Notes under the pieces: generated by a model
Told to the model about the DNA's origin: nothing
Database searches by the model: none
What the model saw: the letters and a program-made list of their open reading frames with translations, nothing else
Shown: positions 51,501-63,927 of the stretch, piece after piece
How the letters are laid out: each line of letters opens with the position of its first letter
Numbering within the stretch: position 1 is the stretch's first letter
Assembly (NCBI GenBank): GCA_951406725.2
Contig: OX597815.1
Span: 41,540,001-41,604,000, forward strand
Reading direction: 5' to 3'
From: Octopus vulgaris
Taxonomy: Eukaryota
DNA length: 64,000 nt
Program-made: the position numbers and the translations under genes

Positions 51501-52199
51501 TATCCCATATGTTCTTTCTTTGAAGACATTAAAGTAAGAATAGAATTATGTTTGGCTGCTATTTCTAGTGGGTCAAGTGACTGCTTTCAGATTGAGTTAT
51601 TAAAGCAGATGTTTACAGCTGTGTGTTTTTTGTTTTAACTACTACATGTAATTAGATATAGGCAAATGTACATTAGTATTTCAACAAAGACGACCAAATA
51701 CTGTCACTTTGCTAAAAACCATTAGGCCATAAGACCTTGAGCTAATCAAGAAGCCTCTATGCAGTCACATGACCTGCTAGAAACAGCAACCAAATTTCCT
51801 TAGATGCACATTTTATTCTATCTAAGAAAAGAATGGGCACATTAAATAATATGATACCAAATAAAATGTCTGAATAAAAGATATATGGTTATGACTGGGA
51901 TATTTTTAAGCATAGCTTTGCTTGAGCTGGACTGACCAAGTCTGTACTGTCTCTATTAAACCATTGTTTACTAATACAGTGTATCTCTATAAAAAATAAA
52001 TAATTTGATAAATCAGGTTTAAAAATCAGACTTTTTTTTTAAAGTTTATATCTGTATTCTCTGTATAATACATTAAAGGCTATCTTATGATATTTCTGCT
52101 GATAAATTTTTCATTTGCTATTTATTTAGTGCATTTTCATAAATAAGTCCTTCTCCAACAAACATTTGCCATTACAAATCAACAAATTCAGTTACTCAT

Positions 52200-52795
52200 T
52201 GCCATCACCATTTTTATGTCCATTTTTCCATGTTAGCATAGTTTGGATGGGTTCATTTCAACACACCAACTCTCTCTTTTTTATGGTCCTTTGTCATCTC
52301 CTTTGTGAGACTCAGTATTCTGAGATTACTTCATATCATGTCTTCCCACAGTTTCATTGGTCTTCCTCTTCCTCAAGTTGCACAGTTTGACATTTTCTCA
52401 CTCAACTATTATTCTCCATAAACATCACATGTCCATACCAGTGCAGTTTTCTCTCAGCACCCTTGTACACTGTCATTCTTTCATGTAATCATCACACATC
52501 CAGGAAAACATGCTCCCCACATTTCTTTCCCCTTTTTGTATATCCTCCTGTCTTCAACCCCCAATGTTTCACTATAATGCTATATTGTATTTCTTACACA
52601 ATCATCATGCAGTTTGCTTTTCATTCAGTCAGAAGCTGTTTGCTACCAGCTGATGTTTTAGCTACTTGAGTTTTTCCACTCCTTTTTCACTCTGGATGCT
52701 GTGCTTTTGCAACACCCAACTCTACTGCTGATTAGGTCACTTAGGTAACAGAAACCATCAACTACTTCTAGCAAGCCTTCTGGGCAATTGAAAAA
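52200..52795 (-). pseudogene. RTE LINE ORF C-terminal relic with 3' tail
   Basis: Minus strand LEVVDGFCYLSDLISS...HYSET...LHWYGHVMFMEN...GRGRPMKLWEDMI, matching RTE post-RT motifs (F.YLG, YGSETW, RL.W.GHV.RM, RGRP...W), followed by the family C tail. Confidence 0.8.
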
Positions 52796-54054
52796 ATAAA
52801 TTTCTTAGGTGCTTATACTGCTAACTATTCCTGTACATCTATTATTGTATAAGAAATCCTACCTGATACCCCACTGTACCTTTTGTGTACCTGTTGTTTA
52901 CTTGGGTACACAGTATAGAGTTCCTATGTATTCCTTCCTGCATACTGAGCATTACCACTTCCCTGTTGATAGTAGTTTTCTTTGTCCTTCCCTGATTAAT
53001 AAAACTTTTTCTTTTTGCTAAATTGACCTTTCGGATTGTGGTTATAGACCATGCTTCCTTGTTAGGAAGCCTAATTTTAATTCTCAGAACAAATCCTCAC
53101 AACATTAAGAAACGTTTTCTGTTAGTACAATGGTTTGGTAAACTTTTATGTAAATGTAATATACATTAACAAAATTTGTCAAATGTATTTTGACATGCAA
53201 ATGTCTTTGAGAAAAACCACAATTCTTATTCCAGAATGCTTTGGTGCATTGCAATAAAAATAATAAAATTTCTAGTTAATAGAAAAATAAATATAAAGAA
53301 GTAAAAAGTTGTTTCAGAATAAAATAGATACAAATATTTTGACCTTTCTCACGACTAATGAATACAGAAAATGAATCTTCATCAGAGCATTTCCTCCGCT
53401 CATATACAAAGTTAAACAGAAGTCTTGATCCACCTGTTGCTTATGGTATAACTTTTCTTGTTTTATATTATTTCCTCAAGCACGTACAATTTGTGTGTGA
53501 AAACTCAGAAACCTGTTAAAATTGGGATTGTTTTGTCTTTCCTTTTTAATTTTATAGTTAAAATTTTTTTTTAATGTAAAATATGTACTTGGTGTTAGAT
53601 GTTTTAATATATTACATATATTACCTGATGGCTTATTGTCATCATGTTCAAGTCCTATTGGAACAAAAATTGTTGAGCAAAGAATATCATTTTTTAAACT
53701 ATTGATTGTTAATAGCAAACATATAAATAAGAAATGTCCTTAAAAAAAACAAAAAGAAAATATTGGGGGCTTGTTTTTCCCATGTGTTACATACAAAGTT
53801 TAGCAGTTTAACATGTAGATTGTAAGAGCTTCAGAGTGGGTAAGAATTCAATGAGTTTATAAAATTCAAAGGTCTATCGTTCTTCAGGAATTAAACGTGT
53901 AAGAGAGCAAACCAATCAGATATATTCTATTGAATATAATTAAACATAGATACAGTTATTGAAACTAAAATATTCAAATTTTTACTTCTTGTCACAGTTC
54001 ATAATTGATAATATCCTTTAATCTGTTGTCTGATAAAATTTTACTGAAAAACTT

Positions 54055-54655
54055 TTAAGCTCACTTCCCATCTATGTGGTCTTGGGTTCAGTCCCACTAT
54101 GAGTCACCATGACCAAGTGTCTTCTATTGCTCTAGGCCAACCAAAACCTTGTGAGTGGATTTGGTAGGTGAAAACTGAAAGAAACTTGTAAAAAACATCC
54201 AGTTCACTCTGTAAAGTGGTTGGCATTTTGAAGGGCATCTAGCTGTAAAAATCATGCTGAAACTGACCTCACCTGTGCTGGTGCCACATAAAAAGCACTC
54301 AGTCCACTCTGCAGGGTGGTTGGTGTTAGAAAGTGCATCCAGCTGTAAAAACCCTACCAAAATAAATGCAGTAGTTTTCTACCTGGCCAGTTCCTGTCAA
54401 CCACCCTACCCATGCATGCATGGAAGATGGACATTAAATGATGATGATGATATGTATGTGTGTGTGTGTTTGTGTAGTATCCCCACCACTGCTTGACAAC
54501 TGATGTCGGTTTGTTTACATCCTTGTGATGCTGTGCTTCAGAAAAACAGACTGACAGACTAAATGCCAAGCTTTAAAAAAAAAGTACTGGGACAATTTGT
54601 TCAACTAACTCTTCAAGGCAATTACCCCAGCATAGCCACAGTCCAGTGACTGAAA
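54055..54655 (+). mobile_element. SINE family A with an RTE 3' UTR fragment (54190-54450) nested in its microsatellite region
   Basis: Family A head 54055-54188, C-type sequence ending GACATTAAATGATGATGATG, family A 3' half 54455-54655. Confidence 0.75.
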
Positions 54656-55068
54656 CATAATTTTTTGTTAATTCCCCTCACAGATTTTTATAATAAAGAA
54701 AATGAATATTTACCTTTGAAAGTCAGGAAAACATTTACATTCAGGGATAAAGATATTACAAACATTCACATTGGGGATAAAAAAATAATGGTTTTCTTCC
54801 ATTTTCAATTTTATTTTCAAACTGGTAGTTAGGATTAGTTAAAATAGAATAATAATGGACCATTTAACCAACTTCCAAAAATCCAGGAGTACTCTGCAAC
54901 ACCATGCAATATATGCTGTACCCTGTATTGAATAAACAAACTCTATTTTGAAGTTGGCTAATTTGCATAGTGTGTTAAAAATAATTTTGTTCTTTATTTT
55001 TTTAAGTGAATTGATAATCATTGAACACGCTCTACATTAGAATTGTATTAATTTGTAGCTGTATCAAT

Positions 55069-55273
55069 TACTCTTTTACTCTTTTCAGTCATTTGACTGT
55101 AGCCATGCTGGAGCACCACCTTTAGTCAAGCAAATTGACCCCAGGACTTATTCTTTGTAAGCCTAGTACTTATTCTATCGGTCTCTATTGCCGAACCGCT
55201 AAGTTACAGGGATGCAAACATACCAGCATCGGTTGTCAAGCGATGTTAGGGGACAAACACAGACACACACACA

Positions 55274-55312
<39 letters not shown>

Positions 55313-55475
55313 GATGGGCTTCTTTCAGTTTCCATCTACCAAATCCACTCATAAGGCTTTGGTTGGCCCGAGGCTATAGTGGAAGACACTTGCCCAAGGT
55401 GTCACGCAGTGGGACTGAACCCAGAACCATGTGGTTGGTAAGCAAACTACTTACCACACAGCCACTCCTGCACCT
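55069..55475 (-). mobile_element. SINE family A, full-length young copy
   Basis: Near-identical to 4653-5074; flanked by AATTA on both sides (possible TSD). Confidence 0.92.
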
Positions 55476-56031
55476 AATTAAATCATGTTCTTTACTATTC
55501 TTCATTTAATTTTCATCCTATAAACATTATACTGTATACATGGTGCAGTATAATATATAAGTGAATTAACAGGCATCAAAGCGACCTTATTTTAGAAGTG
55601 CGTTAATTTCTTGAATACAATTTAGTTCTTCACTTTTCATAATTTATTCTATATTTTCAAGTATATGTTTGGACTCCCTCTAGAAAATTCAAAAATCTGG
55701 GCCACTTTTGGTCCCAAACTTTCCAGACATTTGGTCCGGTACTGTATTTTAATATTATTATGGAAGTTAATTATTTAAGTAAGATTAGATTAATTTCTAA
55801 TCCATTGCTTTTTAGTTAATTATTCAACAATATTTGTAATATCCCAGCTTATCAGCCATCATATATCTGTATTCTAGACTTCAAGCTGCTTATTGGGTAT
55901 AGCTAAATAATTACTAATAGCTTTCTTAAAATTCTGATGTGTTGACATTATCTAATTCATCCTATCACTAATTCTCACTTGCACACATATTTAATGTGTA
56001 TCAGAGATATTTTGTTGTAGATAAAGAAAGT

Positions 56032-56205
56032 GCAGGCATGGCTCAGTGGTAAGTAGTTTACTTCCCAGCCATATAGTTTCAGGTTCAGTCTCATTGCATG
56101 GCACCTTTGGCAAGTGTCTTCTATCATAGCCCTGGGCTGACAAGAGTCTTGTGAATGGACTTGATTGACAAAATCTGAAAGAAGCCTGTTGTGTGTGTGT
56201 GTGTG
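56032..56205 (+). mobile_element. SINE family A 5' half
   Basis: GCAGGCATGGCTCAGTGGTAAGTAG...GGTTCAGTCTC...GGCAAGTGTCTTCTA. Confidence 0.85.
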
Positions 56206-56224
56206 CGTGCATGTAAAAAAAAGT

Positions 56225-56500
56225 GGGGATAAAGATCCCCTTCGATCATGAACAGCCATAGAATTGCACCTTGAAAGTTCCCCTTCGAGGCACAAGTCCA
56301 AGCAAGGTTGTTTATGGAAGACCAGCAGTTTTGCATGCATACCAGCACCCCTCTCCATGCCACCAATGTTATCCAAGTGAAAGACAAAGGTCAATACAAC
56401 TTGGCACCAGTGATGTTGCAACTCATTTCTACAGCTGAGTGAACTGGAGCAACTTGAAATAAAGTGTCTTGCTCAAGAAGACTACACATAGTCTGGTCCA
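56225..56500 (-). mobile_element. SINE family E-related copy lacking its tRNA head
   Basis: Minus strand TTCTTGAGCAAGACACTTTATTTCAAGTTGCTCCAGTTCACTCAGCTGTAGAAATGAGTTG shares the centre of 24143-24385. Confidence 0.7.
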
Positions 56501-56515
56501 GTAATATATATATAT

Positions 56516-56638
56516 ATCACCATGATCACCGTGACCAACCAGGCTATAGTAGAAGACACTTGCCCAAGGTGCCATGCAGTGGGACTGAACCATGTGGTTG
56601 GTAAGCAAGCTACTTACCACACAGCCACTCCTGCACCT
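56516..56638 (-). mobile_element. Chimeric SINE: family A head joined to family D 3' end
   Basis: ATCACCGTGACCAACC-AGGCTAT-AGTAGAAGACACTTGCCC; AGGCTAT is shared by both families. Confidence 0.75.
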
Positions 56639-57009
56639 TTAAAAAAAGAAAAACATTCCTAAATATTTATTTATTCTCTAATCATTTACCTGTAGAAACT
56701 AAACTGGCCAATCTATACTAATGCCAGGAAACAAAATCACAAGAAAAAAGGATGGTTATGGTTGAAATGTCTTTGCTCATAGGTCAACTTAATCAGGACT
56801 GACCTAGAGTCAATTTATGATTGTTTATTTGATGCCTTAGTTCTCTGTTTCAATCTGCCAGCTCAGTCATGCTGATTATATCTGGAATGTCTATGATGAC
56901 AGAGGTTTGATTCATCAGGCTCTTACCTAAGGTTAAATAACTATGTGTAGTACTGTCTTAGGTTCCTGACTTCCTAGGGATTAAAAAAAAGGAGTTGGAA
57001 ATAGATATC

Positions 57010-57395
57010 TAAGCATGAGTATGTGGTTAAGAAGCTCACTTTACAACCATATTGTTTTAGGTTCTGTCCTACTGCACAGCACTTTGGGCAAGTGTCTTCT
57101 ACTATAACCCTAGGCCAACCAATGGTTTATAACCAAATTTGATATATAGAAACTGTGTGGAAGCCCGTCACCTATATATATATATATATTGTATGTTAGT
57201 GTCTTTGCATTTGAACCCACTCCCACTGCTTAACAACCAGTGTTGGTTTATCTCCTCATAACTTACCAGTTCAACAAAAGTTACCAATAGAATTAGTACA
57301 AGACTTTAAAAGATATGTACTAAGGGGATGATTTCTTTGACTAAACCCTTGAAGGCACTGCTCCAGTATGGCTACAGTCCAATGACTAAAACAGT
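57010..57395 (+). mobile_element. SINE family A, diverged full length
   Basis: Collinear with the reverse complement of 4653-5074. Confidence 0.8.
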
Positions 57396-59225
57396 AGATA
57401 GGAGGGAGATAAAAGAATGTCATAACTTTGATGAAAACTTGCCAAAACTTGTAAACGATTGAATAACAGTATTCTGACCTTGACCTTACTTAAAGGACAA
57501 CTTTTGAAAAAGTACTTTTCCTCTGAACACTGTCTTATATGATGCTGAATGTTAATTCTATTTTGATGTAGACAATAGCTTATAGGTTGACAGATGTAAT
57601 ATAAGGTTTTAGCTAAGTCAGTCTAACATAGCTGTCTTATTAGAAATATGCTTTCTTGATATTTCGTTATGTCTACCAGTTTGTTTACAGTCATCATTAT
57701 GACTGTAATGTCCTCTTGATTTATTTTGTGTTATTGTTTTCTTCAGTCTGAAATTTTCAGTTAAGTCTTTAAATATAGTGATTTATCTTACACCATTCAT
57801 TACAGGAAAGTTCAATTGAATATATTCAATATATAAAAAATATTAGTATGGCTTCTTGAGTAAAGTTCCTGAAGTAAGTTAGATCACCCAAGTTGAAACA
57901 ATAATAAATGCTAAGTCATTCACTTTTCCAAAGCTATGGCTAAAACTGTTGTTACATAATATGTGAAAGTAAAGCGACAGAAATAAATATAGCATTTTTT
58001 TAACAATTTTAAATGGAATTTTGAAATTGTATATTCTCTGTATAACTTTTCAAACTGCAGTTCTTTATTTCCTTGGACATCTTAGAAAACTTATATTTGT
58101 TCCTTACAATATTTTTCTAGTAACAATCAAATAACAGTGAGCAGAGCACCAAATTAGATTTAGTAGCAGTGTTTTACAGCCATTTTACTCCCTTCTTGTC
58201 ATTTCCTTCTTATGACACTCTGAGATACAGTGACCCTAATTTAAACTAGGATACACACAACAAATAACACCAGACTGGGCATGAAATGATATTTAGTTTT
58301 GTTCCTCTATATTCTAAGTTCAAATCCAAAAAGATCAACTGTATTTTTTTTAAGGACAAAAACCCACATTTTGGAAAAAAATTGTACCAGCGTATCCTAC
58401 AGGTTGATTCAATGATCATTCATGCCCTACTTCAGTAAATTTTTGCTTTTTGTATCATTTGTATCAGTTTTCTATAGCCAGATGCCCTTCCTGTTGTGGC
58501 TAACCCTCACATGTTTCAAAGCAACATATTTCCCATGACCAGACATCTTTCACAGCAAAGTGGAAACAACATGATCATAAGTACACATACACTCACTACT
58601 GGTACTATTTCATATCCCTCATTCTCTAAATTCTAGGTTTGTGTGTAATTCAGAATCACATTGCTTTAGTTACCACATAGTGTATATATTTACAGCACTT
58701 TTTACTGTTGTTATTTCATTCGGTAACTGAGAAAAAATATTTGGGGTCTTCAGTTGGCAATCTCTTCATTTTCTGATAATATTCTCAAAAGCTGAACAGT
58801 TATCAAGTATAGTTCCCTTATCTCTGCAATAAAACTTTATTAGATAATGTTTGCGTATAATTTGTGAAAATTTGGTCGTCTATCTGTTCTATTAAATTTA
58901 CTGTTTCAATATATCAGTAGCAAGTGGACTCTAGCTTGACTCTATAATAGCATTTAAAATAGTTTAGAGTTGAAGTGTTTATGTGTTTTTAGTTTCTGAA
59001 GATTTTGATTTTATGAGACAGTATAGATTTATGATGATGCAGCCATAACTATTTTATTTAATTTTATACAACCTTATCTAAAGTATCTTTAAATAACTTT
59101 ACTTAATACAAACTGAAACTTTCAATGTGTCTGTTTTAAATTTTGAACTAACATGATTATTTTATTTGCTATATATTATCATAAATCATAGAACTTGTTT
59201 GGCTGATGTTCTACGTTTCATGGAT

Positions 59226-59700
59226 AGGGTTCAGTTCCACTGCACAGCACCTTGGCCAAATGTCTTCTGCCTCACATAACAGCTTTAATTCTATTTGCCT
59301 GCATATTAACAGAAATCTTTTTCAAGGTTTTTAACATTGTTATTCATTCATGAATTTGTTTTAAGAGATTGTGAAATATCTTAGTTTCTTTAGGGGCTTT
59401 AAGCTGTTTCTCACCACAAAGGATATTTTTTGTAGCTGTGAGTGGATTTGGTAGATGGAAACTGAAAGAAGCCTGCTATGCATGTGTGTGTACCTTTGTC
59501 TTGACATCTCTTAATGGTTGTAAATCAACAAGTTGTTCCAGTCTTCCATGAAAAATGTGTCTGGCCACACAAAATATTGCCTTGCTTAGAAACAAGTCAG
59601 GAATAGCAACAGGAAGGACATCTAGCCATAGAAAATCTACTTCAACAAATTCCATCTTACCCATGCAAGCATGGAAAAGTGAACATTAAAGGATGATGTA
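59226..59700 (+). mobile_element. SINE with family A head and RTE-like tail, interrupted by a 161-bp insert at 59278-59438
   Basis: GGGTTCAGTTCCACTGCACAGCACCTTGGCCAAATGTCTTCT [insert] TGTGAGTGGATTTGGTAGATGGAAACTGAAAGAAGCC. Confidence 0.8.
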
Positions 59701-59800
59701 GGTTATAAAATAAGGACTTCAACATTGCATAATAGTAATAACAAACAATAGCAATGCATCTGCAGTGAATGATCATCAAACATAATACCATCTGAAATCT

Positions 59801-59876
<76 letters not shown>
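59801..59876. repeat. (CA)n microsatellite
   Basis: Direct reading. Confidence 0.97.
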
Positions 59877-59878
<2 letters not shown>

Positions 59879-60102
59879 GTTTCTTTACTACCCACAAGGG
59901 GCTAAACACAGAGAGGACAAACAAGGACAGACAAACAGATTAAGTTGATTATATCAACCCCAGTGCGTAACTGGTACATTTATTTAATCGACCCCGAAAA
60001 GATGAAAGGCAAACTCGACCTCGGCGGAATTTGAACTCGGAACGTAGCGGCAGACGAAATACCGCTAAGCCTTACACCCGGCATGCTAACAATTCTGCCA
60101 GC
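59879..60102 (-). mobile_element. SINE family B, young copy inserted in (CA)n
   Basis: Near-identical to 7554-7786. Confidence 0.92.
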
Positions 60103-61341
60103 ACACACACACACATATGCATGCACACACACATAGATATGTGGTGGGGTTATTCATTTGTGTGCATGCATCTATGTTTGTATATGTGCATGTGTGTGTG
60201 TATGTCCTGAATTAGTCAATTATTTTTCTTCTCCCATCAGAAAGCAGCCTTCTTTCAAATTGATATCAAAATAATTTCTGTATTAATATAATGTACAATT
60301 GAACACCTTAATCAATTAGCAACTATCATAGATCTAAACATTACATCCTAATTATACTGTTTCTAAGCAAAACAGCTTTAACTTTATTTGCCTGTCTATT
60401 AATAGAAATTTCTTTCTCAACATTTGTGGCATTGTCGTTCATTCATGAGTTTGTTTTAAGAGATTGCGAGATTGTCTTAGTTTCTTTGGGGGCTTTAAGC
60501 TGTTTCTCATCACGAAGGAGCATTTTTGTAGCTGAAGATCTGTTTCAAGGGTAAACATTTACTGTGTTGGTTTGTTAATGATATGAGTCATGATTTTATT
60601 TTCTTTCCTGTCTGGAGGGCAAAAAGATTTAAATTTTCATTGCTATCATTGTATAAAGCCAGCAGCATACTCTGTTGTCTATTTATTTATTTATTAACAT
60701 TTTTGTTCAGAAAATTCAGACTTGATCTTAAATCTTTCTTTTATTTGCTTTAAATTTCCTTCTTATACACTCTAAGCATATTTACAATGTAAAAATGACC
60801 ATGAAAAAATGGCCTCAAAATATAGAGCAACTAAGATGTCATTTTTCTGAAGATGTTCATGTCTCTCACATCTTGGCATATAAAAGTGTCTTAATACTAC
60901 AAAGAGAACTTAAAATGTAGTTTCATTGGGGTGGAGTTAGATTTCATGCAGATAAGGAGGAGCTAAAGACAAAAACAAGTTAAAATACATTCAGAAGTCT
61001 CAATTATAAATTACTGAGAGAAAAGACACATGAGTAAGAAAATTTACTGACAAATTTTGTCTTTATTTTCTCTTCTTTTTCTTTTATTAAATTTCAATCT
61101 ACTATAAGCTTTCTCTTCCATGCTATGAGTTTTATATGAATTAACATAGGAACCCTTTGTTTAAACAAGTAAGAGTTCAATTTTAAGATAAACATCTATG
61201 AAGTGGAGGGCTAATGTAAGTGTTTAAGCGTATGCAATTTTCCATTGTTAATAATATTGTTTTCTTTCAGAAAACAATATTATCTTTTTTATTCATACAG
61301 TGTTTTCAATCCTGTCATTATTATTATTACTATTATCTACA

Positions 61342-61985
61342 GTGGTGAGCTGGCAGAACTGTTACCACACCGGAAAAGATGCTTAGTGGCATTTCTTCCA
61401 ACTTTACATTCTTGGTTCAGATACCATTATGATCAACTTTGCCTTTCATCCGTTCGGGGTTGATAAAATAAGCACCAGTTAAGCACAGGTTGATGTAATT
61501 GACTTACACCCAACCCCTACAAATTACTGGCCTTGTACCAACATTTGAAACCATTATTATTATTACCCAGGCAACGAGCTGGTAGAATTGTTAGTATGCC
61601 GGGTGAAATGCTTAGCAGCATTTCATCCATCCTGACATTCTGAGTTCAAATTCCATTGAGGTCAACTTTGCCTTTCATCTTTTCAGGGTCTATAAATTAA
61701 GTACCAGTGAAACCCTGGGGTCAATATAATTGATTAGACCCCTTCCCCAAAATTTCAGGCCTTGTGCCTATAGTAGAAAAGGTTATTATTATTATTACTA
61801 CTGAAAAGGTAGCAGATGGGAGAAATGGTTGTGCATCAGATAAATTGCTTTTGCAGTACCATTAGTTATATCCTTTATGTTATAAGCTTAAATCTTTAGG
61901 GAGGTTTTCATTTCATCCTTCCAGGACTGATAAAATAGATACCAGTTAAGTACTGGGGTAAATTGCATCTACTATTTCCCTCCCC
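61342..61985 (+). mobile_element. Three head-to-tail SINE family B copies (about 61342-61560, 61570-61797, 61805-61985)
   Basis: Each has the GCAGA head and TTTCATC...TAAA...ACCAGT centre; copies are separated by (ATT)n tails. Confidence 0.8.
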
Positions 61986-62649
61986 ATTATTGTGCTTAGT
62001 TTCCTTCCTAGCATTCTGGATTCATATCCTCTCAGTATGAGGACAACTATCTTTCACATCTCTCTGATTATCAACATTAATATCTAGTTATTATTTTAGA
62101 GATGTTGGCAAAGGAACTAACAAATGAATGGTAAATAATGATACTAGTTATTTTATGGTGGTATCTATTTTGGTTCTTTAGGGTTCCAATTTCAAATCCT
62201 ACCATGGCTAACTTTTGTCCTTCATCACTCCAGGGTTAAGATAAAGTAAATAAGAGTAAGACAAGAAATTTGAGTTGATTATATTCCTTTCGTTACAGAA
62301 GTAGAGATATAAAAAAAAAAAAACTATTTAATTCTCATTTTCAATCAACCTGGCTGATGTCACTTTTTAAGAGAAGGGCTGAAATTAAAAAATTTTTGAT
62401 AGGTTTTTCTTAACTCTTGTCTGGGTAATAGCGACGTACAAATTGAGTGTGAAAATGTTAACATTTACAAAAACATCTGCTTAAAGTAGGAATGCTATGG
62501 TAAGTCAAATGATTATAAGTTTTGTTTATAAAAAGTGGACCTCATGAAAAGAAAAACAAAATATACCCATTGAAAGAGGTATATCAGAAAGCAAAAAAAT
62601 ATTCAGAGTAGAAGCAGTATCAAGAGCAGGAAGAAATGAAATATTAGAA

Positions 62650-62712
<63 letters not shown>
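62650..62712. repeat. (CT)n(AT)n compound microsatellite
   Basis: Direct reading. Confidence 0.97.
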
Positions 62713-62716
<4 letters not shown>

Positions 62717-63244
62717 TTTAGATAGTGTTAAATGGAAATAAGAGAGATTATAGATTATTGACTAAAAGGAGAACAGAGATAAGATGAATAGGTTTTACAC
62801 ACCAACATCTGGATTATCAATGTTAAACACCACTTTTAAGTTACTTGTTACAAGATGACATTTTAATTTTTCTAGTTTCTGATAAAAAGAAAATACATTT
62901 AGTTACAAGTATAGATGATTCTTTGAAAGGAACAGTTTAAAAACTCATGAAAGTATCCACATTTTCACACGAAGTCAAGTTCTGGCTGTTTAAGGAAAAA
63001 AAAAGTGCTGTAATTCAGTTTGATAAGAGCTGATCTAGGAATAAACCACAACATAAGACTGCATGTCATCACTTTAACATTTGACCCAGGACTGAACCAC
63101 AATATAAACTTAAAGTGTCTCTAACTTGCAACCAGGATATTTTCTTTTTGCACCACTGTTGAAAGAATATTTACAATAGATCACACTCATTGTACCCCCC
63201 TCTCTCTCTCTTTCGGAGAGGCACAAGCACCTACACGCACATAT

Positions 63245-63403
63245 ACACACACGGCAGTAACTTCCGCCTGCCGAATTCAATCACAAAGCTTCGGTCGGCT
63301 CGGGGCTATAGCAGAAGACACCTACCCAAAGTGCCACGCAGTGGGACTGAACCCGAAACCATGTAGCTAGGAGGCAAGCTCCCTAACCACACAGCCATGC
63401 CCA
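63245..63403 (-). mobile_element. SINE family A 5' half
   Basis: GGCTATAGCAGAAGACACCTACCCAAAGTGCCACGCAGTGGGACTGAACCCG...CCACACAGCCATGCC. Confidence 0.85.
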
Positions 63404-63553
63404 TGTTATTAAATACCCAATCAGTCAATTTAGAATAAATTCATAAAAAATTTGTAAAGAAAATTTATCCCTAGCAATCCAAGCTAGAATGAATGCTCTC
63501 TAATTTGCAATGTTTATTATTATCTTGATGGTGAGCTGTCAGAAATGTTAGTA

Positions 63554-63927
63554 CATCATCATCGTCGTCGTTTAACATCTGCTTTCCATGCTAGCATGGG
63601 TTGGACGATTTGACTGAGGTCTGGCGAACCAGATGGCTGCACCAGGTTCCAGTCTGATCTGGCAGAGTTTCCACAGCTGGATGCCCTTCCTAATGCCAAC
63701 CACTCCATGAGCGTAGTGGGTGCTTTTACGTGCCACCGGCACGAGGGCCAGTCAGGCAGTACTGGCAACGGCCATGCTCAAATGGTGCTTTTTATGTGCC
63801 ACCTGCACAGTAGCCAGTCCAGCGGCACTAGCAATGAGGTCGCTTGAATGTTTTTTCACGTGCCACCAGCACAAGTGCTAGTAGGCGACGCAGGTAACGA
63901 TCACACTCGAATGGTGTTTTTAACGTT
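63554..63927 (-). mobile_element. RTE LINE 3' UTR (family C), young copy nested in a family B SINE head
   Basis: Reverse complement of 474-648 plus upstream repeats. Flanks GGTGAGCTGTCAGAAATGTTAGT (63530) and GTTAGTCCATCAGACAAAATGCTTAGC (63925) join into a family B head; GTTAGT is a probable TSD. Confidence 0.85.

Noticed and set aside
55560-55746. Tc1-like terminus (reverse complement TACAGTACCGGACCAAATGTCTGG)
   Set aside because: No matching second TIR or transposase sequence found in the window.
63715-63927. CRISPR-like repeat-spacer appearance
   Set aside because: Eukaryotic LINE UTR context, degenerate repeats, mutually related spacers and no cas genes.
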